Below are positions 56,297-63,921 of a stretch of 64,000 nt of DNA, piece by piece. The position numbers and the translations under genes were made by a program. The stretch covers positions 5,736 through 69,735 of the IMG/VR virus record IMGVR_UViG_3300030106_006238; one strand, written 5' to 3'. Under the pieces are notes generated by a model. That model searched no databases. It saw nothing but the letters and a program-made list of their open reading frames with translations, and had not been told where the DNA came from. This DNA comes from a virus. Every line of letters starts with the position of its first letter. Positions within the stretch are counted from its first letter, which is position 1.

Positions 56297-57091
56297 ATGG
56301 AAAACAGACGATACTTTATCTTCAAGGACGGAGAACTCTTTGGTTTCTCCGTAGACATCGAGGGGGCACACAAGATTCTCCTCGGCCAACTAACCAAGTC
56401 GAGCGGTAACTTCGCAATCATGTACATGAGCGAAGAAGACTACAGAAGAATCGGTGACTTCGATTACAGATGCGCCGAGTCGATTCGACTGACACACGAC
56501 AGCGAAGTACTGTCAACAACCCAACCACTCTGGAGTGAAGAGAAGATCCAGAAGTGGTACGGCAAACAACCTGGGACAGCTAAGTTCAAAGCAAAGCCGG
56601 TCTGGTTTTCAATCGATGATCTCTTCGAGGTGGAAGGATACTCGATTGGACAGACTTGGAATGGATGGGCGGTGCCTTACTTCACCAAGAGCCAAGTAGA
56701 GAAGGTCAAAGAGGCGTTGACTAAGTCCGGCGTTACTCCTTGGGTACGATGGAAGACAGAGGAAGACGGGACCATCGTTGTTCAAAGCACATCTCCCTAT
56801 GATGATGAGCCCGACGACATCTGGTCGCCCCAAACAATCGATGGCGTTGACGAACCTGTCTGGTGCATCGGTGGCTTTGCCTGGGTTTGGGAGGCATTCG
56901 AACACAAGCGGTGTGAATCCTGCGGAGTCGATGTGCCAGAGGATGAGCACTGCGGCAACGACAATCCCGATGGAAGCGCCGAGTACTTGTGCTCCGACTG
57001 CTTCACTCCCGAAGAGGAAGAGGAGTCCATCATGGACATCGTTGTCAACATGAAGCGACTGGCCGACGAAATCATGGGAGGTGGACTATGA
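56297..57091 (+). CDS. early protein with WNGW..P.F motif and C-terminal zinc finger
   Basis: Hairpin plus AAGGACACCACAATG leader; CESC..LCSDC. Confidence 0.8.
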   Translation: MENRRYFIFKDGELFGFSVDIEGAHKILLGQLTKSSGNFAIMYMSEEDYRRIGDFDYRCAESIRLTHDSEVLSTTQPLWSEEKIQKWYGKQPGTAKFKAKPVWFSIDDLFEVEGYSIGQTWNGWAVPYFTKSQVEKVKEALTKSGVTPWVRWKTEEDGTIVVQSTSPYDDEPDDIWSPQTIDGVDEPVWCIGGFAWVWEAFEHKRCESCGVDVPEDEHCGNDNPDGSAEYLCSDCFTPEEEEESIMDIVVNMKRLADEIMGGGL

Positions 57092-57315
57092 TTTCGAAGG
57101 AATGCTTTCGACTCGTAGACGAACTCTGGGCCCAGGTCAACGAAGCGCATCAGAAAAGTGACGAGGGCGAAATATCCTCCGAACTTGCCGCACAGAGATG
57201 TAGAAAAGCCTGCAGCGAGTTCGTGCATTCGCACATGATGATGATGGATACCCCTCGTTTTTTCAACGGGCGCTGGTACTTTCCGGCCCGGTGGAACCTT
57301 GAGGAAAACGAATGA
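57088..57315 (+). CDS. small hypothetical protein
   Basis: GGAGG RBS, ATGA coupling; MISKECFRL. Confidence 0.65.
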   Translation: MISKECFRLVDELWAQVNEAHQKSDEGEISSELAAQRCRKACSEFVHSHMMMMDTPRFFNGRWYFPARWNLEENE

Positions 57316-57336
57316 ACAAACAGGAGCTGAGCTCCG

Positions 57337-57375
57337 CCTGTCGGTGTGATGTGGTGTCCGCCGACAGGTTTGTTT
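57337..57375 (+). terminator. intrinsic terminator before cluster F
   Basis: CCTGTCGGTG/CGCCGACAGG followed by TTTGTTT. Confidence 0.7.
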
Positions 57376-57584
57376 GGGGTCGAACCAAGTCGCACCGATC
57401 TTCTGGTAGAAAGTCGGGCCAAGTCGCACCGGCCAAGTTCGGGGTCGGGCGAAGTCGCACCGATGCCATATGGAAACAGCTCAAACCAACCAGCTCAAGT
57501 TGGGGGTCGAACCAAGTCGCATCGATGTGTGGTGTCAAGTAGAGAACAACAAGGGGTTACTTGCTGAGCGGGCCGGGTCGCACC
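57372..57584 (+). repeat. 25-bp element, cluster F (5 copies; periods 34, 31, 62, 61)
   Basis: Units start at 57372, 57406, 57437, 57499 and 57560. Confidence 0.9.
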
Positions 57585-57885
57585 GCCGGATGGGCTAACC
57601 GGACTCTCGACTGCCCAGACTACCTGTTATCAAGCCGAGAACACGCTGCCTATACCGCTGTTTGGCCTTGCTTTCGGGTTCAAGGCGCTTTTTTTGGGCG
57701 ATTTTGGCCCGTAAACCATTGAAATAGCTCGTTTTTTTGCTAAAACGGTGCCATGCGGCATGAATCGAGGATGCAGGCACGCCTTCGAGGGCCGCCGGAG
57801 CACTATTTCCACACATCCCACTGACCCTGGCTACCCATCCATCCTTTGCCTGTGGGACAATATGTAGGTATTGGGGTTCTTTCAA

Positions 57886-58350
57886 ATGCAACATTATCAT
57901 CTCCGAATCCGTCGTTTATCAGCGCCTCCTTCATCTTACCGTCGTTTGAGCGAGTCTGAGTTGGAAGATTTGGTATCTGATTGTGAAGCTGCACTGACTG
58001 GAGATCATTGGCGTGATGAGATTCAGGCATGTTCGATTCGCATATGGAGATTGTTCCGCACATTAGACATTGAGTACGGTGGTAGTGGAAAGTTCGCGAG
58101 GTTTGCACGAGCGATAGACGAGTCACCTACAGCGATTGCTGCATACTTTCTTGGTAAGGACAAGCCTACTCGGTACAACACAGATGTTCTTCACAGGTGG
58201 TGTTGTGGCATCAGCTCACTATGGCTTGAGGAGTTTGGTGGACCTCAGGTTGATCTACATTTGCGTGCTGACGGAGTTGTTCGTCCCTTCTTAGTTCACA
58301 TGAGTCCGTTAGGTGTTATCAAGAACACGGGCGAGCCACAGCTAAAGTAG
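57886..58350 (+). CDS. putative XRE/Cro-like HTH DNA-binding protein
   Basis: FARFARAIDESPTAIAAYFLGKDKP matches the LA..G.S..AI..Y..GK..P HTH pattern; start uncertain. Confidence 0.55.
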   Translation: MQHYHLRIRRLSAPPSSYRRLSESELEDLVSDCEAALTGDHWRDEIQACSIRIWRLFRTLDIEYGGSGKFARFARAIDESPTAIAAYFLGKDKPTRYNTDVLHRWCCGISSLWLEEFGGPQVDLHLRADGVVRPFLVHMSPLGVIKNTGEPQLK

Positions 58351-58636
58351 TGATATTAGTAAGGAATCCAGACAAGAAACCCTTGCTGCCCATATCTGCC
58401 CCACCTTTTCTTAACCTTTTATTAGCCCTCTCTATTGCCTGACCACTACTCCTCTATACCATTTACTTTTTTTTATAGGAAAAGGGGATATAAGGGAGGC
58501 AATGGTAAATAACTGAAGCATTCTAACTATTTACCGCTGACCATGTTGTAGCCACGACTGACTATAAATGGGGCGGCATTGTATAAAAACCCCCCAATAA
58601 CCCTGGAATATGCCTGACCTTTGGCCCAAACATGAC

Positions 58637-58665
58637 TTGACCGCCACATCCCCATACCTTATGAC
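58637..58665 (+). promoter_or_regulatory. putative promoter
   Basis: TTGACC-N17-TATGAC upstream of the MTase. Confidence 0.4.
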
Positions 58666-58726
58666 TTAGTACACCATTGGGTGACACTTAGTCCCCAAGA
58701 GGTTACCAAACACCACAGAGGACACA

Positions 58727-59146
58727 ATGAGCGTACATTTTAGTAGTAAGACCGATCAGTGGTCTACACCCCAGGATTTGTTCGATAGCTATGACAAACT
58801 GTGGGGATTTGAACTGGATGTTTGTGCTCTACCAAGCAATGCCAAATGCCGGAAATACTTCACACCGGAAGACGATGGGCTTGCTCAACAGTGGTCTGGT
58901 GTGTGCTGGATGAATCCACCGTATGGAAGAGAGATCAAGAAGTGGATGAAGAAAGCCTACGAAGAATCCCAACGTGGATGCACAGTGGTTTGCCTGGTTC
59001 CTTCTAGAACAGACACCGCTTGGTGGCATGACTACGCAATGAAAGGACAAGTGATCTTTCTAAGGGGAAGGCTCAAGTTCGGTGACGCTAAGAACTCTGC
59101 ACCCTTCCCGTCAGCAATTGTGATCTTCAAAGGAGACAACAAGTGA
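58727..59146 (+). CDS. phage DNA N6-adenine methyltransferase (Dam family)
   Basis: W.TPQDLFD..F.LDVCA..DGL.Q.W..WMNPPY..LVPSRTDT.WWH..GRLKF..APFPS. Confidence 0.92.
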   Translation: MSVHFSSKTDQWSTPQDLFDSYDKLWGFELDVCALPSNAKCRKYFTPEDDGLAQQWSGVCWMNPPYGREIKKWMKKAYEESQRGCTVVCLVPSRTDTAWWHDYAMKGQVIFLRGRLKFGDAKNSAPFPSAIVIFKGDNK

Positions 59147-59889
59147 ACGAACAAACCTCAACCATGATCAAGAAAGCAATCGGAAGCCATGCTGTCTTCT
59201 TAGCAGTGCGGCACGACCCTGAACTCGTAGGGAGATTTAAGAAGACTGAAGCTGGAACCCTCTTCATGGATGGAGACAAGATCAATAAAGCCAAACTGGC
59301 TTCTGTCCTCATCTACCTGACGGGCAAGTGGGGCATGCGGCCTACCGAGTTTGAGTTGTACACAGGGATTCTGGGTGCCTCTCAAGAAGTAAAGGTCGAA
59401 CGCAAGAAGAACTCACTGCCTGAAAGAGAAGTGCAGTGGGCCAAAGAAAAGCTGAACAGGGATCACGTTGCCATGTCTACAACTGACATCATCGATCAAC
59501 TGCCCGCAGGAATGCTGATGCAAGGACGGAGCGGTGAGATGAGACTGGCTCGTATCCTCGATGAACTGGGCTGGGAGCGAAAGAGAACCATGATCCACAA
59601 CATCAGAGCCTATCGATGGTATCCACCAGAAGACTGGGTGTTTCCAGATGTAGAGGCTCCTCAAGCAAAGAACCTTGAGAACGTCGTGGATTACTTTGAC
59701 CACATCGAAGACGAAAGCATTGTGCTCCCTGAAATGGAAGTAAGGCAAACAGATGGTCGATGGACACATCCAGTAGCTGAAGACGATGAGTCGGAACACA
59801 AGGTTGAGCTGGACCCATGGGGAGATCCCGTGGTCGTCATTAAAGAAGCAAAAGAAATCAAACACTTCTACGAAGAGGATGAGGAATGA
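59143..59889 (+). CDS. VapE-like protein lacking the central ATPase domain
   Basis: N-terminal RHDPELVGR..IYL..KWG and C-terminal STTDII..RSGEMRLARILDELGWERKR..RW resemble VapE termini; no Walker A. Confidence 0.6.
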   Translation: MNEQTSTMIKKAIGSHAVFLAVRHDPELVGRFKKTEAGTLFMDGDKINKAKLASVLIYLTGKWGMRPTEFELYTGILGASQEVKVERKKNSLPEREVQWAKEKLNRDHVAMSTTDIIDQLPAGMLMQGRSGEMRLARILDELGWERKRTMIHNIRAYRWYPPEDWVFPDVEAPQAKNLENVVDYFDHIEDESIVLPEMEVRQTDGRWTHPVAEDDESEHKVELDPWGDPVVVIKEAKEIKHFYEEDEE

Positions 59890-59987
59890 ACAAGAACGAT
59901 TACGACATGGCTGATATAGCCCTGGGTGTCATAGCCCTCGGTGTGCTCACATGGGTTTTAGGCTCAGCGCTTATCTCTTTGTTGTAA
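59886..59987 (+). CDS. 33-aa membrane peptide (not in ORF track)
   Basis: ATGA coupling; MNKNDYDMADIALGVIALGVLTWVLGSALISLL. Confidence 0.5.
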   Translation: MNKNDYDMADIALGVIALGVLTWVLGSALISLL

Positions 59988-60029
59988 GATACAAATGACT
60001 TGCACACGGTAAGGAAGCATATTTCAACT

Positions 60030-60254
60030 GGGTTGTGCTTCTGAGTGTGAAGACGGCGGCGCAGGGAGGCATGGCCGTGGTCAAACAGATGCCTCAACTT
60101 TTATGAGCCACTGCCTTACGAACCGAAATCTAATGACGATTAGGTGGGCGGCAAGTTTGTGGTGGCTCACCCTTTTCCAGAGGCGACGGGATTAACTAAA
60201 CACTGGAATCAGCCAGGGTTTTTGTACCAGGGTCTCGTCGTCTCTATCTTTTTC
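60030..60254 (+). ncRNA. candidate structured non-coding RNA
   Basis: Three consecutive stems with G-U pairs, separated by short U-tracts; candidate promoter ATGACT(59995)-N17-CATATT; no credible ORF. Confidence 0.4.
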
Positions 60255-60266
60255 ATGTTATCTCTA

Positions 60267-60295
60267 TTGACAACACAAAAAGCACAGACTATTCT
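60267..60295 (+). promoter_or_regulatory. sigma70-like promoter for the helicase/SSB operon
   Basis: TTGACA-N17-TATTCT. Confidence 0.75.
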
Positions 60296-60321
60296 CTCTA
60301 AACACCACAATAGGAGGACGC

Positions 60322-60597
60322 TTGAAACACGGAGAAGTTCGAAACAGAAGGATGGTTTGCCACTCAAAGCCGAGAGAAATCTCGGTGTGGTTCGCCAAAA
60401 ACTGTGAGTCAACAAATGATGTTCAACCTGCATGGTCAGGATTCTTAGAACAGACATACGCAGAGATTTACTGTGCGTTCTGTGACGAATGGATCAAATG
60501 CAGGGGGGTTGGAGGAACCCTCAAATGGGTAGCTGTTCATAGTGACGGCGGCTGCAGAAAGAACAAAGAACACAACACCACACTGGAGATCACATGA
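60322..60597 (+). CDS. Cys/His-containing hypothetical protein
   Basis: AGGAGG RBS with TTG start; YCAFC..H....C. Confidence 0.65.
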   Translation: MKHGEVRNRRMVCHSKPREISVWFAKNCESTNDVQPAWSGFLEQTYAEIYCAFCDEWIKCRGVGGTLKWVAVHSDGGCRKNKEHNTTLEIT

Positions 60598-61037
60598 TCG
60601 AGATTACAAATGAGCAAGACATTACGTTCAACGTGAGAGTCGTTTATCGAGGGGATTCATACGGACTGAACGACAAACTTATCTACCAAAGCGATGAGCC
60701 ACTCGTAGAGTTCTACGACACCAGGTACAAACAACCGGACACGGACTGTGGCTACCGTGGTCAGTTTATTTGCCGATACATGCTGACAACATTGCAAGAC
60801 CACATGGACAAGTGGCCTGAGACTACCGCGCTGGGACTTATGGGCGGTGAGCCACAATGGTCGGTCACTGGCGAGAATGTGCGTGAAGCTGTGAAGTATG
60901 CGCTCAAAGGAATGCTGGTTGTAAGAGAGTCGGAGTCGGAAGAACGAAGACTCCGCAGGATGCTCAAGTCAGCACTAAACAAGATCGATTCGCTCGAGGC
61001 TGAGATTCAGCAGCTCAAGACGATGGGAGGTGAGTGA
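60594..61037 (+). CDS. hypothetical phage protein
   Basis: FNVRVV..GD.YG..EPLVEFYD.RY..GQF..RY; GGAG RBS. Confidence 0.8.
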   Translation: MIEITNEQDITFNVRVVYRGDSYGLNDKLIYQSDEPLVEFYDTRYKQPDTDCGYRGQFICRYMLTTLQDHMDKWPETTALGLMGGEPQWSVTGENVREAVKYALKGMLVVRESESEERRLRRMLKSALNKIDSLEAEIQQLKTMGGE

Positions 61038-62458
61038 TGACTATGGCGCATGCCAAGGTGGTTGGGGGTGGGCAATACCTGCACCCCGACTGCCCCGTTC
61101 TCGATGAGATTGTGGATCGATTCAAGATGCGCAATCCTGAGTATGGGCGTGCGCAGTCTTTAATCAGGAGCGGCAAGTATGTAGACCTACCAGAGGAATA
61201 CATCTACGCTGCCCGTGAACTGCCTTACTCCCACCCATGGGCAGGCGGCCTTCAGGTTCCAAGGTGCGTTGACTTGAGAAGCTATGGCTTCGAGAACCAC
61301 GTTCGAACCAGCTACCCAGCAGCTAGAAAGGTCAACCTCGAGCCCCACATCAAACTGAGAGACTACCAGTATCTGGCGATTAAGAAGTTCGTCGAGGTAG
61401 ATAGCCATGCGCGAGACGCAGTGGTCGTAGCACCATGCGGTGCCGGAAAGACAACTATCGGCATTGGAACCATTGCTGCTGTGTCATCGCCAGCGCTTGT
61501 GCTTGTTCACACGTTGGACTTGGCTACACAGTGGGTGACTCGATGCAGACAACAACTGGGAGAGGAGGCTCTTCTGATTGGTGGAGGCAACAGTTCATCT
61601 AAGAAAGACTGGGACAGCCAAGAGAAAGATGCACGCATCGTCGTTGCAACCTTCCAGACAATGTACAAATGGACGTGGGAGGAGAGATACAACTTCGGCA
61701 AGCACTTTGGCTTGGTCATTGTAGACGAGGCTCATCACGTCCCAGCCAACACATTCACTGAGATTCTGATGACGTTAGGCGCTCGGTTTAGGCTTGGACT
61801 AACCGCTACTCCTGAGCGGGCTGATGGCCTGACCAACATGCTTCATTGGAGTCTTGGAGAAATCATTCACGAGGTAACTACTCCTGAGCTGATTGAGCGA
61901 GGGCTGGTCTTGGCTCCTCGAGTGGTGAACCTGAACACAGGATGGAAGCCACCACAAAAGGAAATGGAGTACACCAAGATGATTAGCGCCATGTGCGGTA
62001 ATGAGGATCGTACTCAACTGATACTCGACACTGCTCGACGCGCCGTGAACAACGGACGCCAGGTTCTGGTTCTTTCAGACCGAGTCCAACACTGCATCGA
62101 CATGGCAGAGAAGATGAGTTCTGTCTGCATCAGCGCTGCGCTAGTTGGAAAGGTCAGCAAGAAGAAGAGAGAAGAGATTCTAAAGAAAGCAGATGAAGGA
62201 GAGATTCGAGCCCTGTTTGCTACGACAGTAGCTGATGAGGGCCTTGACCTTCCAGGCTTAGACACAGTCATACTGACATCACCGAGCAGTGCGATGGGAC
62301 GCATCCAACAACGCATTGGTCGAATCATGAGAACTAAAGAAGGCAAGCAAGAGCCACTCGTTATCGACCTGGTTGACGACGGTGGACGATTCCATGGCGC
62401 GGCTAAGAAAAGGCGGCGGCTGTATTCAAGCCTTGGATGCAAGATGGGGGTTAGCTAA
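61034..62458 (+). CDS. SF2 DEAD/DEAH-box helicase
   Basis: LRDYQ, PCGAGKT, DEAHH, GLTAT, EGLDLP and QRIGRIMR motifs. Confidence 0.93.
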   Translation: MMTMAHAKVVGGGQYLHPDCPVLDEIVDRFKMRNPEYGRAQSLIRSGKYVDLPEEYIYAARELPYSHPWAGGLQVPRCVDLRSYGFENHVRTSYPAARKVNLEPHIKLRDYQYLAIKKFVEVDSHARDAVVVAPCGAGKTTIGIGTIAAVSSPALVLVHTLDLATQWVTRCRQQLGEEALLIGGGNSSSKKDWDSQEKDARIVVATFQTMYKWTWEERYNFGKHFGLVIVDEAHHVPANTFTEILMTLGARFRLGLTATPERADGLTNMLHWSLGEIIHEVTTPELIERGLVLAPRVVNLNTGWKPPQKEMEYTKMISAMCGNEDRTQLILDTARRAVNNGRQVLVLSDRVQHCIDMAEKMSSVCISAALVGKVSKKKREEILKKADEGEIRALFATTVADEGLDLPGLDTVILTSPSSAMGRIQQRIGRIMRTKEGKQEPLVIDLVDDGGRFHGAAKKRRRLYSSLGCKMGVS

Positions 62459-62592
62459 TGGGATGTTTTGAAATGCATGAAGGGATGCAAGGATTCTTAC
62501 TTTACATGGGCATCTACACCGCTTGGTGCATGGTGTTCGATTCACATTGATGCAAGCACGCAATCAATATTGTTCTTAGGAGGACAAACACA

Positions 62593-62991
62593 ATGGTCAA
62601 CAAAGTAGTACTCATAGGCAATCTGGGTCAGGATCCAGAAGCCCGTCAGACCAACTCAGGCACGACGGTTACCAACTTTCGCTTGGCAACCAACGAGCGA
62701 CGGAAGGTAAACGACGAATGGACAGACCATACTGAATGGCATTCAGTTGTCTGCTTTGGCAAGACGGCAGAGAATGTCGCTAAGTATTGCAGGCGAGGCA
62801 AACAGGTCTACATCATGGGCCGGATTCAAACTCGTAAGTGGCAAGACAAGGAAGGCAATGATCGCTACAGCACTGAGATTGTAGCCGACGACATCAAGTT
62901 CCTTGGTGGCCGAGACGAGGCTGCTTCTACAAATGGAAGAGCACCAGCTCAACAGTCCCAGTCTGTAAACCTGGACGACATTCCATTCTAA
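62593..62991 (+). CDS. ssb: single-stranded DNA-binding protein
   Basis: NKVVLIGNLGQDPE..TEWH..GRIQTRKW..DDIPF. Confidence 0.95.
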   Translation: MVNKVVLIGNLGQDPEARQTNSGTTVTNFRLATNERRKVNDEWTDHTEWHSVVCFGKTAENVAKYCRRGKQVYIMGRIQTRKWQDKEGNDRYSTEIVADDIKFLGGRDEAASTNGRAPAQQSQSVNLDDIPF

Positions 62992-63001
62992 ATAAAAACG
63001 C

Positions 63002-63074
63002 TGGGGTGTAGTTCAATTGGCAGAACGCCTGACTGTTAATCAGGAGGTTGCAGGTTCGAGTCCTGCTGCCCCAG
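63002..63074 (+). tRNA. tRNA-Asn (GTT)
   Basis: Acceptor TGGGGTG/TGCCCCA, D-arm GTTC/GAAC, anticodon arm CCTGA-CTGTTAA-TCAGG, T-arm GCAGG-TTCGAGT-CCTGC; followed by CCT, so no encoded CCA. Confidence 0.92.
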
Positions 63075-63090
63075 CCTCTTTGGAGAGACG

Positions 63091-63441
63091 ATGATGTTGT
63101 ACAAATATCTCTTAGTAGGCATGCTTTTCACATGTTCCTGTGCGCCGAAGCATACAAACTACGGTGCGCTTGAAGGTCTTGCTGGAGACTACTTAGAGAA
63201 CCAACGCATCTCTTCTGAAATGCTTTTGGTCGCAGCCAAGAACGCACCATACCAAGACGAATGTAGAAGGTTTGCTGGCGCTGCATTTTGGTTGAGAGCA
63301 ATCGCGAAAGCTGAAACTGAATACCAGCTTTGGCTCTTTCACCCACATCGTTTTCTGTTGGAAGAACCAGACCCAACACCAAGACCTGAGTCGTCTTACG
63401 ACTTTTGTATCAAACATGACTTGCGCGAAACAAGTCTGTAG
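63091..63441 (+). CDS. putative lipoprotein
   Basis: GGAG RBS; MMLYKYLLVGMLFTCSC signal/lipobox-like N-terminus. Confidence 0.6.
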   Translation: MMLYKYLLVGMLFTCSCAPKHTNYGALEGLAGDYLENQRISSEMLLVAAKNAPYQDECRRFAGAAFWLRAIAKAETEYQLWLFHPHRFLLEEPDPTPRPESSYDFCIKHDLRETSL

Positions 63442-63477
63442 CCTACATTGACAACACCACACCACAAGGAAGGACAA

Positions 63478-63918
63478 ATGGAAAGAAAGATTAACCCTAA
63501 GAGGGTCATCCAGATTGACTATGACTCAAGGTATCAAGAGATGCTTTGGGAGATGATCAAGGATGAACTAGAAGACATTCTCAATAGAGAGCCATACCGG
63601 ATGGAAGACCACGGTGTTGGAGCCTATGAGTACTGGGGCTTTACTGGATGCGACACCAAGATGGTTCCAGTCATTGAACTCAACCAAGACATTATTGAGC
63701 TGTGGGTTCCTAAGAATGTTGTCGATGAGCTGGGGGGAGAAGATGAAGTATCGGACATGTTCACCGATGGAACGGATGAGATGACAGCTATGACCGATAT
63801 CGAGAACTACGAGATTACTGTTGTGGCCAAGTTCAACGAGGCCCGGTGGGAAAACCATTCTCCGAGCGGCAGCAGGTCTAAATATTACGTTGGCAATTAC
63901 AGCTTGCGGCAGGAGTGA
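63478..63918 (+). CDS. acidic hypothetical protein (G.YEYWG..G.D motif)
   Basis: AAGGA RBS before MERKINP. Confidence 0.7.
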   Translation: MERKINPKRVIQIDYDSRYQEMLWEMIKDELEDILNREPYRMEDHGVGAYEYWGFTGCDTKMVPVIELNQDIIELWVPKNVVDELGGEDEVSDMFTDGTDEMTAMTDIENYEITVVAKFNEARWENHSPSGSRSKYYVGNYSLRQE

Positions 63919-63921
63919 TAG

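Noticed and set aside
51715-57506. GTTAGGG/GTTRRR starts as integron attC core sites
   Set aside because: No inverse core RYYYAAC, no attC-type palindrome, no integrase, and the seventh base is a purine.
51716-57542. ORFs over the repeat clusters containing GATW or QVAP peptides (e.g. 51716..51904, 53740..53979, 57263..57538, 57312..57542)
   Set aside because: They are translations of the DNA repeat; the 25-nt unit shifts frame each time, and most lack a convincing RBS.
51344-57584. 25-bp repeats as a CRISPR or mini-CRISPR array
   Set aside because: Most gaps are 0-9 nt rather than 30-40-nt spacers, the units are degenerate and non-palindromic, and no cas genes are present.
57712-57724. IHF-like site (minus strand TTTCAAtggtTTA)
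   Set aside because: Single site with one mismatch to a degenerate consensus; insufficient support on its own.
63002-63074. tRNA-Asn as a prophage attachment site or host boundary
   Set aside because: Phage-like genes continue on both sides; no integrase or duplicated tRNA 3' end is seen in the window.
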